A stretch of DNA of 64,000 nt from Utricularia gibba (taxonomy: Eukaryota; Plantae; Magnoliophyta). The DNA lies in contig CM007989.1 in NCBI GenBank assembly GCA_002189035.1, positions 1,302,001 to 1,366,000 of the forward strand. The letters run 5' to 3'. The notes beneath the pieces were generated by a model. That model saw only the letters and a program-made list of their open reading frames with translations, had not been told where the DNA came from and searched no databases. Positions 14,719 through 27,300 of the stretch are shown here, piece after piece. The position numbers were made by a program, and so were the translations under genes. Position 1 is the stretch's first letter. Every line of letters begins with the position of its first letter.

Positions 14719-16258
14719 ATATCAAATGGGTCCCAGTCGAATCCTAAACGACCTCGAACTCAACTAAAAAAACAAAAACTCCAACTTTGAATATTTTATA
14801 AGATCCTATGCATATGATCGCACCAAATGGTATCGTACAAACACATGTCACATAAACCATGGTGTTAAATTCTAATGCAACATCTTCTAATCCATGTTGA
14901 ACCAGATCAATCTCTTCCAATCTTGCGATAACTCATTGATTATTGACAACTCTCTCGTTTCATATTTTGATGGAATCCAATACATTAGTGCGCATGCTCG
15001 TTTGCTTATTATTATGAGTTCATATGGTTTGGAACTTAGGTGGTTTGGTTATAATAATATTATAGGAGGAGAGTTGTGTGGAGGGAGTGAGGAATAAATT
15101 ATTTATTATGTGGGAATAAATAAATGTGGATAGATGTACATTAAATAAGTGTGTTTCCAGGGGGCCTGGGCATAGCCCTACAGGAGGAGTGAATAACTGA
15201 TTTAACTGTCCATGTGAAAAGCTGCCTCCTCCTCTGCCACGTGCACCAACTGTCTCCTCCCATTCCCAATAACCAACATGGCCAGCCCTCCCATTACTCT
15301 CCCCCTTTAATTTTATTTTATTTCTTTTCTTACAGATGCAGATGGAGACCGTCTGTCACGTGTTTCTTTGTGCTCCACTTTTTGGAATATGTGTTCATCG
15401 AATACTTGTTAATTCATCGCCTCCCAACTCTCTCTGTGCGTGCAAACTGCAAACTTACTCACAGTAGCTTCTCAGTCCTCGTTGCCTCACACAAAAACTA
15501 ATGAAAATGGCTGGAATGATGATGATGATGATAGCAGAAGCCATTCATACATAGGGTTTCGTTGTGGTTGAGAGGGGAATCCACCAGTTTCAACTTCCGA
15601 TCTCGCGGTGATGATGATGCGGAGGAGGTTTGAGGGAAGGATAATGGGGGAGATTTGTGGGTTCTGGCGAAGGCATTGAATGATGGGTGATATCCAATCC
15701 CATCCCCTTCCCCTTCCCCTTCCCCTTTATGTGGTACAGTCCAGAAGAGGGGATTCAGAGCAGACAGAGAGCCCTTTAAATGTGTAGGAAGGCAAAACTA
15801 GACAGGGAAATGTGTAATTGGTCCATGCGCACCAACATCATTTATTTGCCGACACCAAAAGCTTCTTGTTTCAGCTCCTGCTGCTGTTTTGTTTGTAAAA
15901 TTCAATTCCATCCGGTTGGGCACAGCAGACGACTCAGTGCTCTCCTGCACCGCCATTCAACGCGCACTTCCCCGGCCCTCCTTCCTCCGCTTGCCCGCCG
16001 ACAATCACCATCTGTGCATAAATGCCCCCTCTCTGATACACTACGCATACTTCAAACATCTTATTGAAGGGAGATTAGCAGCTGATGGATTAGGGTTAAA
16101 TTGTGATGAAGTGTGAAGCTGAATTTGATTCTTTCTTAGAAGTAAATCTATCAACTGCCCCACACACACATGAAGCTCACAAGAAGGTGATGGATGCCAC
16201 CCCTTCTATAAATAGCGGGTGTCATCTACCAGTTGTAGCACGCAGGCTTCTCCTTTGA

Positions 16259-16635
16259 ATGGAAATGCAGTGTTGGAGTTCATGCTACCAGGCAGAAGGG
16301 AGCCAGGGCTTCCTCTTCGATCCACTTGAAAGCATCGAGCGGATGGCGTCGGCCAGCGCGGTGGTGATCTTCAGCGTGAGCACTTGCTGCATGTGCCACG
16401 CCGTGAAGCGCCTCTTCTCCAACATGGGAGTCAGCCCCGTAGTGTACGAGATCGATGAGAATGCTCTAGGGAAGGAGTTGGCGAGAGGGCTGGCGACCAT
16501 GCTCGGGGGACGTCCGTCGTCCCTGCGGTGTTCATCGGAGGGAAGCTCATCGGCACCATGGACCGCGTCATGGCGGCGCATATCAACGGGAAGCTGGTGC
16601 CGCTTCTGAAGGAGGCCGGCGCCCTTTGGCTGTGA
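16259..16635 (+). pseudogene. ROXY1: CC-type glutaredoxin, ROXY1/2-like, with a -1 frameshift in the G5 run at 16505-16509 (null allele or sequence error)
   Basis: AVVIFSVSTCCMCHAVKRLF in the start frame. [38 protein letters not shown] lies in the adjacent frame. TATA box TATAAATA at 16207-16214. Intronless. Confidence 0.85.
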
Positions 16636-17874
16636 CACTGGAGAGTTTGCTTGTGGTTTGCAGTGGTCCTCTCCTCTTTGTTCTTAATGAAGAATGAAAA
16701 CCAAGTCCGTCCTTGTGTGTTCGTTTACGAAATTCCATGAAATGACCTCTTTTTGTCAGTAGAGTTTCCAAGAACGAACAAACATGGGATTTAGTAAATC
16801 CAGATGAGTAAAAAGCTCATGGTAAAAAGTGAAAAGGTTTCACTGAGGGGGAAAAGTTCAAATACCATCGTCATTGAAACTCAAGGATTTTAGAGCTGCA
16901 AAGCAAGAGAATGAAAGGTACTTCACGAAGGACCACTTCCAAAAAACGCAGATGAACAACGAAAAAAACACACAGCTGAACTGGGAATTCCCTTTTTCCC
17001 ACCCACCCCTGAGACCTTGGCTGGAGGTTCTTGAAATGCTGATTCACAGCACATCATCAACAACTTCCTGGAGAAGAAGTGAAGGTAGTGTCTCTGTAAA
17101 CAAAGGGATGGGGAGCACCAGAAGAACAAGGCAGCAGACACATGTTCAAACCTGTGGATGGAGAAGTTTGATATTGAACAGAGGTGGAGGAGAATCCATT
17201 GTTGGTGCACTGAAGAACATCAGTTTGTTTTACATGTAACTTCTATCGTCTGATCATCGTCCCCGAAATTGCAAGACCTCACTTCTGCAGTTTCTTTTGC
17301 ATGGCATTTATCCCATTGTCAGGCTTGGTCATGAATTTGAATTAAATTATTTTTTTTAATGACGAATGAATTTAATAACATTTAATTATACATTAAAATA
17401 TTTAAATCCAGTCTCTAATTTATTCATTTATTTAGACTACTCGGATTCGAACCTATTATTTTAAAACACTGTTTTTATCTACTTCTCATATGGTTTCATC
17501 ATTACTTTTTTATTTTTTATCTTCTACGATAATTTGACTTTTTTAATAGAGATTTCTAGACATAAATGAAAACTTACGATTTTGGGCCAAGAAAAAGAGG
17601 CTTGAAAATATGAAAAATATCTTATTGAACTTCTCCATACAGAAATCCATCATCTTGTTCAAAAGATATTATTGCTCACATGCAAATTCATTGCATATGT
17701 TATTGTTTTATATGTTTTTTCAAAGCATTTAATTCAATTTCTCAGATTGAATCAAAATACTTGATAGAAAAATCATCAATTGAAAATACTTTAGATGGTT
17801 GTGTGCACATAATTTCAGGTGGTCCAGAACTATAGAATCAAAATCTACACCTGAGTCATACATGGAGGAAGCCT

Positions 17875-18786
17875 TCAGTATTTCCCTCTCCAGGAGTACA
17901 ACTTGAGTTTCAACTGGAACCACAAAGGAGATATCCCCAATATACCACGGGCTAGCTTTGGGTCAAAGATGTCAAAGTGCACCTTGTGCAATGTATCCAA
18001 CACAACCTGTGCAGGGATTGCCGGCAGGAGTATTGGACGAGCTTCACTGGGAATGGCTCCGGCCAAATCACGAGCCTTCTGAAGATGCAAATGGGCAACA
18101 GACGCCATTTCAAAGACAGCATTGCATAGCGCTTCATGAGAAGCTAGACTAATCTCAGATTGTCCACTCTTTGTGACAAGCAGACCATGTTTTGCTGCCA
18201 CTGAATAAGGTATATACCGAAAATGTTGATTCCGGTTCGCATGGTGTGGGAGGGACTTGAGAAGCAATGCAAGTCCGCTTGCTTTGCCAACATGGGAAGC
18301 TGCATGATCTGCAGGGGTGGACTTGATACCACCGGCTTGAAGAGTTGAGTACAGAATGGTTGACACAGTGTCCTCAGCATACTTCTCCAGCTCTTCCATT
18401 GTTTCGGGGATGTCCACAGGCTCCCTGTTGGCATCCTTAATCCGGGCCTCAATGGACCGCTTTAACCAGCTCTTGCTGATATTAGTATCCGATATTACAG
18501 AAGAAAGGGCCTGAGCGACTGGATGCTCGATCAACTTCTTTGAAAAAATCTTGTCAATGGTCTCTTGCCACCATAGCAGGCGCATGAGACCAATTCTGGG
18601 ATCAGAAGCTACATCCATGGCTCTTGCCGTTTCCACATTGAAGGCCCGCAATGCGAATGCAGGCTTTCGCATATTTGGAGGAAGCTCGAGAAGGCAAAGG
18701 TAATGATGATAATCGTATGTACATACTTGCTGGACACAGTAGGAGAAAGCAGCTCTCAGACTGCTGGATGAAAAAGCAGGACTCAT
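17875..18786 (-). CDS. NDUFAF6: NDUFAF6-like complex I assembly factor (squalene/phytoene synthase fold), intronless CDS; about 303 aa
   Basis: AFSYCVQQV..YDYHHYLCLLELP, AFALRAFNVETARAMDVASDPRIGLMRLLWWQE, ADHAASHVGKASGL. First ATG at 18786 (the track ORF starts at a TTG). Confidence 0.88.
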   Translation of the reverse strand: MSPAFSSSSLRAAFSYCVQQVCTYDYHHYLCLLELPPNMRKPAFALRAFNVETARAMDVASDPRIGLMRLLWWQETIDKIFSKKLIEHPVAQALSSVISDTNISKSWLKRSIEARIKDANREPVDIPETMEELEKYAEDTVSTILYSTLQAGGIKSTPADHAASHVGKASGLALLLKSLPHHANRNQHFRYIPYSVAAKHGLLVTKSGQSEISLASHEALCNAVFEMASVAHLHLQKARDLAGAIPSEARPILLPAIPAQVVLDTLHKVHFDIFDPKLARGILGISPLWFQLKLKLYSWRGKY

Positions 18787-19114
18787 GTGTCTCAAGTACC
18801 AACCTGCTCATTCACAACAGATGAAACCCATATATCTCATCCCGAACACCCACTCACGCAAAGCTACAAAGAATCCCAACAGCCTCTTTTGATCTCCCAT
18901 ATCAAAGCTCAAAACTGCATAGAATACGACTGCCGATTCCTCTCATTGTCGTCAGTTTACAGAAACTGAAATCAGAACGATGGAGGGACAAATGAACGCA
19001 ATTAAATCAATTCAGTCACAACAACAACAACAACATAATCAGCAAACCTAAGAACCCAAAACGGCGACTGAGGCAATCGGAATTGCCTTCTTGAGGGTTA
19101 AGATTCGCCCTTCA

Positions 19115-19218
19115 AAACCCTAAACAAACTAGAGATGCGGATGGAGGAGGGAGATAACCATGTATTGAACTGGCCCAATGTACAATTCTGAGCAAGATAA
19201 CAGGCTTCCCTAGGCCCA
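19115..19218 (-). promoter_or_regulatory. NDUFAF6 upstream telo-box (AAACCCTA 19115-19122) and site II motifs (GGCCCA 19172, 19213)
   Basis: Motifs read directly in the sequence. Confidence 0.5.
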
Positions 19219-19289
19219 ATTGTAGACGCCCCTTTTTTTAAACGAGAAAGAAATTAAAAAACGTAAATTCTTCTAAAAGAATTAAATAA

Positions 19290-20450
19290 AAAATTATAAT
19301 TTAAGCTTGTTTAAATTTGAATTTATTTTTATTAAATCAGGATTTACGACAAACAAAAACAGTATCCAATTCCCTCCTTTTTGCAGGGGATTTCTACAGA
19401 GCACCATGTGCTTAAAGATCTTGAGTCACATCCTTCCTGTTCCGCCATCAACCTGCACCAGTCCGTATCTTAAGTTTTTGAACCCATGGGTTTAACCCGA
19501 ATTAGAACGAGTTCAATTCGAATTTATATTATTATATTCAAATAATTATTTTTATTATACTAATACTTTTTAGTAAATATAACTAAAAATTGTGAATAAT
19601 ATTTTAATTAAAAAGGGCGAGGAAACCACAAGAATCGATTCAACCTTTTCCACAACTCTTTGGTGGGCAAGCGTAGCAAAAGTCTGGAACATTCTCCGAG
19701 GTTGTCCTCCGAGTTTTGTCGTCTGGGCGCCGCGGCCCCTCACACCAAAAAAGAAAAGAAAAGTTGAATTAATAAAAATAATATAAAATTATAATAAAAA
19801 CAACTTAAATTTATATGAGTATAAATATTTTAACCATTAAGTTTTAAATTACAAAAAGGACAGTTCATGTTCTTAAAACCATGCAATGAATTTTCAGTAT
19901 CATGAACCATCTCTAATTTTGTAGTAGGAATTTTCACATTTGTATATATAATTCAATGAATTGAAATATCTTATTAGGAGTAAATTGCATTTGCATCTTG
20001 TGATTTTTTGAGTTCAATGAGGGTAAAAGAATCATATGAAGAGAAATGAAACTTATGGATATTGTTTACAATGAAAATTATGAATACTGTTAAACGAGAG
20101 TTAGAATTAAAATTGATTAGTTTGGATAACATAAAAAGTTAAATATATATTTTTATAAGTTTAAGTACAAATTGTTTACAAAAAAAGTTAAAATAACTAT
20201 GACGTAATTTTAAAATTCAAGGATTAAATTTTTTAAAGTGATTTGGAATGACTGTGTCAAACTCTACCCATAAAAATAATTACTATTATAAGTTATATTT
20301 TTTAATAGGTCAATTTGTATTTTTCTAATGAATAAAGCATTAAATAATAAAATTGTTTGTATGTCTAATCTATGATAATAAATATTAATTTTTAAAAGAA
20401 AGTAAATTTTAATATACTACCAAACCAATCATTAATTGGTAATTGAAAAA
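19290..20450. mobile_element. AT-rich tract with a GC-rich island, possible non-autonomous DNA transposon remnants
   Basis: Compositional pattern only. No terminal inverted repeats or target-site duplication established. Confidence 0.2.
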
Positions 20451-20551
20451 AAAAATCAGAAATGAGAATAAAAATCTTGGAAAATTTGTGAATAGCTGCG
20501 TCCATCCGCCGCGTCTGAGCGAAATACAGCAGCACTGATTATAATATTAAT

Positions 20552-20847
20552 TTAATTTTCCCCCATTGGAACTGAATCAGAAGGCGGTGGAGGAGGAGGA
20601 GGAATAGGAACGGCGAGGCGCGAGGGGTTGATATCTCCGGCCATGATGACGACGATTTTTGGGTGCCAGGAAGCAGAGTAATGGGAACCACGGGGGCGCT
20701 TGTGGATTGAGCACAGGAGGAACATCAAGGCGGAGGAGATCAGCACAACCATGAGCCCTAGACCGGAAAACAGGTACGGCAGCGGCGATTTCCAGTTCCA
20801 AAAAGGCGGCGACGCGAAAGCCGCTACCGGCGCCGGCGACGGCCCAT
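20552..20847 (-). pseudogene. GDU: GLUTAMINE DUMPER-like membrane protein; the ATG at 20847 is one base out of frame with the conserved body (G3 run at 20843-20845)
   Basis: WNWKSPLPYLFSGLGLMVVLISSALMFLLCS (transmembrane) and PKIVVIMAGDINPSRLAVP (VIMAG motif). TATAAAT at 20895-20901. The body frame has no ATG between an upstream TAA and the conserved motif. Confidence 0.8.
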
Positions 20848-23812
20848 TTGCTTCTTCGATCTGTGATTGCTTTGCGCGGCAGGTGGGTGGCGTGATTTAT
20901 AGACCAATGATGCGGAAAACTGTTTTATGTTTTTTTTTTTTTCACATTCGGATTCTGACAGTCGCTCTTGGTTATTTGAAATTATTTTTAAGAAGAATTT
21001 TGCTCAAATTATGGCATTTGTATCTTTTATAAAAATGAAGATTAAAATAGAAATATACAATATGATAATAACAAATATCAATAACTACTAAGTTGCGATG
21101 TACTAATATGTCGTATATGAAGACTAAGAAATACATTTTTTTTTACAAATATTGTTTCTCACAATAAAATCGTGTTTATTAAATATTATTCTTTTAAATG
21201 TCGTGAACGGTGAATCAAACACACCTTTCTTTGTTTGTGTTTAACACGTGACTCAGTTACAGTAGTTAATGTAACAGAAAATGGGCAGGCAGGCAGGCCA
21301 TTTGGACACGTGATCTAAACCGTGGCGTGTGAGTATGGGCCTTGCTTATGTTCAGTACAAAATGCGATTTGGATCATGGTTTCCAACTATTCTAAAGTCT
21401 TCTCGCATAATATTAAATATCATAATTCATATTTCGTTTTCAATATCCAATAATTCCATATGCTGTTTTATATTTTTTGTCAAAAAAAATATTTGTAGGA
21501 TGATCTTTCTATTTAAACATATTCATTTCCAAAAAAGATAGTGTGTTTTATGAGTAGCCATGTGGGGGAGTAGTTCAAGTGCGAGTGGAAAGGGATGGTG
21601 CATATTTTAGCTAATTACAACAAATAATAATAATGAGGATTTTTATTTAAAAAATATACAAATAAATAAGTGGAATTGGAAAAAGGGTTGGTTGCAGTGC
21701 AGCAGTTGAAGAAGTTGAACCCGACAGGCGGCAATGGCCAAGTGTTCCGCATCATCATCATCTTCTTCTTAGATTGGCCGATAAACAACAGTCGATAATG
21801 ACGTTGCTTTTTCGCCCTTCTTTTTCTCCGTGGGTCCCCCATGTTTGTTCTCGAAGCCGATATTCCAAGATGCACAAGCAACACTAATAATACTAACTGC
21901 TTGATTTATTTCCTATAAAACCCTCAATTGTTTGGTAACAAGAATATTTTAATTCCAGATTTGATATTCACCTGAGACTTTCAAGCTACATTGATTCGTT
22001 TGAAAAAAACCTTTTTTTTATCCATTCATATGCTCTGTGTCGGTTGCTGCTTCTTTCTTTGTTTCACACCTGGGCTGGGATTTGTAATAATGAAAAAGCA
22101 TTGTCCCACAACGCATATATTTATTGATATTGGGGAGAACAAATGCTTTTTCATGAAAATGAGTTGCATAAGAAACGCAACCCAACTACCGGAAACGGTT
22201 ATCTCCCAACCCAAGCCTCTGTTTTGTACTTTTCAAAAAGCACTTCTCAATAAGTATTTTTTCATTTTTTTTTTAAAAACAACAACCACACGTATTTAAT
22301 AATAAAATTATTTTCAAAACACTACTCTAAAAACAGAAAATAAAATATATAAAAAATGAAAAAAAGTTTAAATTCGATGTACTACACTACATCATGTGCG
22401 GAAACAAATAAATTTACCCCTTTTTGATAATCCGTAATATTTTTATTTAAACACTTGTAAATTATGAATGTAAAATCGCATTAATAAGATTCAATATTTG
22501 ATGACTTGTTTAATAAAGCATTTTAATTTGTTCGAAAATTAATATACATAATTTAATTTATTTTGTTCAATGTTCAATACTTTGTATTAAATAAATAATC
22601 ACTTATCATATTACATGCTACAAAACTTAGTTGATCATTTTCTTTTCATTTCTTTTATTAATATATGCATTAAGGAGAAGCACATATTTTGAAAAGCCTA
22701 TTTTTAGGGGATGTGCAATCCCAAAAGCCTATTCTTTATACTGTAGGAGGAAGGATTAAAAGAAGGGAGGGGGCGATTGACGTGAAATAAATCAAAGGAG
22801 CCCTTCCTCCACCACAAAGTGCTTTAAGAATTTTTTTAAAAAATATATACTGTTTTTAATAAATTTTATAAATAATTTTGTTATCAAATACGAAATAAAT
22901 TATACTTAAAAAATAGTTATGAATTCTAATAACTTAATATACCTTCAATAAAAATATTTTTTTTAAAAAAACATAATTGAAAAGGCTAACCAGTGATCAA
23001 TATTTTTTATTAGCCATTTAGTTAATTATGTCAATTTGATTGAATATTGAGGACCAATTATGTGATTTATTAGCACCAACGTTCCCTTTTTTTTTTAAAT
23101 GCAATTGATTGTATTATTATATTTGGATTTATGGGATCCACTTTTATGTCAAGTAGCCTATGCTTTTACAGTGAGATAGATATCAATCATTTTTTGTATA
23201 AAGTATCTTTTTTATTTCTTTGGATTTCATGAAAGCTATTGGTCCTCATAATGGAAAACATGATCAACTCTTTTTTTAAAAAAAGATTATCTACACTAAT
23301 AATGGTATTAAATAAATAATTTTCTTTTCTAAATACCTGTCGCAGTCAATGTTGGGACTATTTTTAGATACCTCTGTATTTTGTTTTTCTTTTTATTGAG
23401 GGAGAAATGCATCCTTTCTGGAAATGGAAAATCATTCTGGTTTCAAATGCTGCTTATTTTGGAAATGGATTCGATTTTTTTCCTCTTTTATTATTAACCC
23501 TTCTTTTAAAATGTTTAAATTCTATTCCGATGTCTTAAAAAAGTAATTCTGTTTATTTTCATTTACAGCATGTCAGCACCCTGAGGTCAGAACTCAGAAA
23601 ATTCAACCCCCAAAATCGTCTTCCCTAGAGAAAGAGGGTGATTTAAAAAAGTGGACACTGTCATCTCACTGTGTGAGAAAATAAGAATAATTTCTAGATT
23701 TTGAGTTTTTGAAAAAAAAAAAACGTTTATTTTTTTTTTCAATTCCGTTTTATGGAAAATAATTTTCAATTTGATAAATAATAATTGGATGAAATATTTG
23801 TATGTAAACAAA

Positions 23813-23851
23813 ACGTGGCGCCTGAAACCTGCGTGTGGACGTCCCCACGTG
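23813..23851 (+). promoter_or_regulatory. ABRE/G-box pair (ACGTGGC 23813-23819, CACGTG 23846-23851) upstream of the ABCB gene
   Basis: Exact motif matches about 0.5 kb upstream of the ATG at 24330. Function is untested. Confidence 0.4.
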
Positions 23852-24329
23852 TGTAGAATGCCGGTATTACCGAGGAGAGGAAATATATTATTTTTTATTT
23901 TTTTTATCAGTTGATGGTGTCTAAATAGTGAGTTGAAATTCGCGTAAATGCGGGGCAAATGCAGTGCATTTGAGTTTGCATCCATTAAAGAATGCATTTA
24001 GCCTGGAACTAGACAAGGTTCCAAAGTATATTTTAGTGAGGCCGTATTCAAAGGGTAGAGCGGAGATGGCATCATCCGAATGCGTATAAACAAACATCAA
24101 GGTCAAGGGAATGGTGGTGGGGGACATGCAAATAGATAAAGGAAAAGAGAAAGGTGAGGAATGCTAAAGGCCCAGAACAAAATCTCGAATATATATATAC
24201 CAAATTGTTCCTGTTCATCCAGCATTCGTTTCTATATATGCACACACGCACATACATGCTGGTGTTCCTCTTAGTTGGAGTTTAGATTGGACACTTCCCC
24301 ATCTTCCCTTTTCCTAAGTTTTTGGTTGT

Positions 24330-27300
24330 ATGGGAGGAGGAAGCGGCGCGAAGATGAAGAGAAACCGGTGTTTTTCGGGGTTGATCTTCATGGAAGCAGA
24401 TGTTTGGGATGTTGTGCTTATGGTTCTGGGGTTTCTTGGCGCTTTCGGGGATGGGGTATCTATGCCTGTTATGTTGTTGATCACGAGTAGGATTTTCAAC
24501 ACTTTTGGAAACTCGCAGGTAGCTGCTGATGTGGATTTCACTCGCAAGATCAATAAGGTCTGTCCACATACTCGCATCTCTCTTGTTGTCTGATAGTGAG
24601 CTTGTTGAAATGAATATTGTTTGTGGTTTCAGAATGCTCTACATCTTTGCTACATGGCGTGTGTTCAGTGGGTGGCGTGCTTTCTTGGTGAGGGAACGTG
24701 GATCTTCTTCCTCTTAGTTCTTGTGGCTTTGGGGGGCACTCATCAACTTGATTGTGGAAAAATGTTTCTCTTGTTTCAGAGGGTTACTGTTGGGCAAGAA
24801 CAGCAGAAAGAAGAGCTTCCAGGCTTAGGACAAGGTACCTCAAAGCTGTAATGAGACAGGATGTGGGGTACTTCGATATGCATGTCACTTCCACAGCAGA
24901 GGTTATTGAAAGTGTCTCAAGCGACAGCCTTGTGTTTCAGGGAGCCATCAGTGAAAAGGTTTGTGGTCTTCCCCAGTCTCTTACATTCTGTCCCTTCTGA
25001 TACCAACTTCTGGTCTGGTCTGAATCATCATCAGGTTCCATACTTTCTGATGAACATATCCACATTTGTGGGAGCCTATGTCATTGGCTTCGTGCTCCTC
25101 TGGAGGCTGGCCATTGTCGGGTTTCCTTTTGTTGTCCTCCTTGTGATCCCAGGCTTGATCTACGGCAGAGTTCTGATGAGCATTGCTAGAAGAATAAGAG
25201 ACGAGTACAGCAAAGCAGGTGTCATAGTTGAACAAGCACTGTCTTCTATTCGAACCGTCTACTCCTTTGTGGGTGAAAACAGAACTGCACAAGCTTACAG
25301 CAATGCTCTCCAAGGAACTGTGAAGCTTGGACTGAAGCAGGGTTTAGCTAAAGGACTAGCGGTGGGAAGCAACGGCATCACCTTCGCGATCTGGTCGTTT
25401 ATGGCGTACTATGGGAGCAGAATGGTGATGTATGACCATGATGAAGGAGGCACTGTCTTTGCAGTTGGAGCTGCAATCGCCATAGGTGGACTGTAAGTAC
25501 TTGCAGTAATAAGAATTACCTTCTCTGGTTTCATTGACTGCCTTCTTGATGCATGGTTTTGCAAAGTTCAGATCTCTGGGTTCCGGTCTTTCGAATCTCA
25601 AGTACTTCTCCGAGGCGAATGCCAGCATAGAACGCATCAGGGAAGTGATCTACAGAGTGCCGAAGATTGATTCAGACAGCAAGGAAGGCCAAGTGCTAGA
25701 GAATGTCATAGGAGAAGTTGAGTTCAGTCATGTTGGGTTTGCTTACCCATCCCGGCCGCAGACGGTGATCCTGGAGGGATTCAGCCTCCGAGTTCCGGCG
25801 GGGAAGACGGTTGCTTTGGTCGGAGGAAGTGGATCCGGCAAGTCGACGGTTATTGCACTCCTGCAACGGTTCTATGATCCGCATGCTGGAGAGATTCTTC
25901 TTGATGGGGTGTCCATTGACAAGCTGCAGCTCAAATGGCTGAGGTCACAGATGGGATTAGTCAGTCAAGAGCCAGCACTGTTTGCCACCTCTATAAAGGA
26001 GAACATACTCTTTGGGAAGGAAGATGCCTCCATTGAAGAGGTGATCGAAGCTGCAAGAGCTTCAAATGCCCATAGCTTCATCAGTCATCTTCCTCATGGA
26101 TATGATACTCAGGTAACTCCATATCAATACATCATGGAGAGGAAGTTCATTAGATCCCAGAGCTTAGATTTCATGTCCCATAGGTTGGTGAGAGAGGTGT
26201 GCAGATATCTGGTGGACAAAAGCAAAGGATAGCCATAGCAAGAGCCATTATCAGAGCTCCAAAAATCCTCATGCTTGATGAGGCTACCAGTGCTCTGGAC
26301 TCGGAGTCGGAGCGAGCAGTTCAAGAAGCACTAGACAAGGTTGCTATCGGTCGAACCACCATTATCATTGCGCATCGGCTATCCACAATCCGGCATGCTG
26401 ATGTTATTGCCGTCATCGAAAATGGACGAGTGAGGGAGATGGGATCCCATGATGATCTCATTGCAAGGGAGGAAGGCCTGTATACTTCCCTCATTCGACT
26501 TCATCAAATGGAGAAGACACAAGAAAGCTCAGCTCTTGATGCTTCCAAGGGTAGATGCTGCTCATCATCTGTCTCGAACAAAGAGATTCTTAATTCAAGC
26601 ATGGAACATCTGGCTGTCAGTAGGAGATCAAGTTCAGCCAGCTCTGATCCTGCCCAAAGTCAAGCTATGCAAAAAGTTACAGCATCTGAGAAACAAGTAA
26701 TAGAGAAGCCATCATTCAAACGGTTGCTTGCCATGAACATTCCTGAATGGAAAGAAGCGGTAACAGGATGCATCGCTGCGATTCTATTCGGAGCCATTCA
26801 ACCCGTATATGCATTCGCTATGGGATCAATGGTTTCTGTCTACTTTGAACCCGACCATCATCTGATTGAGGAGAGGATCCGAGTATACTCCTTGTGTTTC
26901 GTTGGCTTGGCTATATTTTCACTGGGTGTCAATATCTGTCAACACTACAACTTCGCAGCAATGGGGGAAAGTCTAACTAAGAGAATCAGAGAAAGCATGC
27001 TGTCAAAAATTCTCACTTTTGAAGTTGGGTGGTTTGACAAAGATGAGAACAGTACAGGTGCCATTTGCTCAAGATTAGCCAAAGATGCCAATGTGGTAAG
27101 TACCATTTCCATTGACGCATAGATAGACAAATAAAGCTTTAAAAAATGTAAACTTTTTGGCTACCTCAATGCAGGTGAAATCTCTGGTTGGTGACCGGAT
27201 GTGTCTTCTCGTTCAAACCTTCTCATCTGTGGTATTTGCTTGCACAATGGGCCTGGTGATAGCATGGAAGCTTGCACTCGTCATGATAGCCGTACAGCCC

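Noticed and set aside
15500-15720. His-rich short minus-strand ORFs with GAT and CCCCTT microsatellites; considered as a CLE-type peptide or miRNA precursor
   Set aside because: No signal peptide, no CLE/CEP/IDA motif, and no match to conserved miRNAs I recall. Low complexity explains it.
16060-16080. TTGAAGGGAG, resembling miR159/319
   Set aside because: Only a 10-nt match and no complementary arm found nearby.
16920-17240. Possible small spliced minus-strand ORF (MDSPPPLFNIKLLHPQ...)
   Set aside because: The implied intron is only 58 nt and the peptide resembles nothing I recognise.
21615-21884. Basic 89-aa minus-strand ORF considered as a DVL/RTFL peptide
   Set aside because: Lacks the RxYIxRRCxxMLLCW motif, and its C-terminal half is AT-rich non-coding-like sequence.
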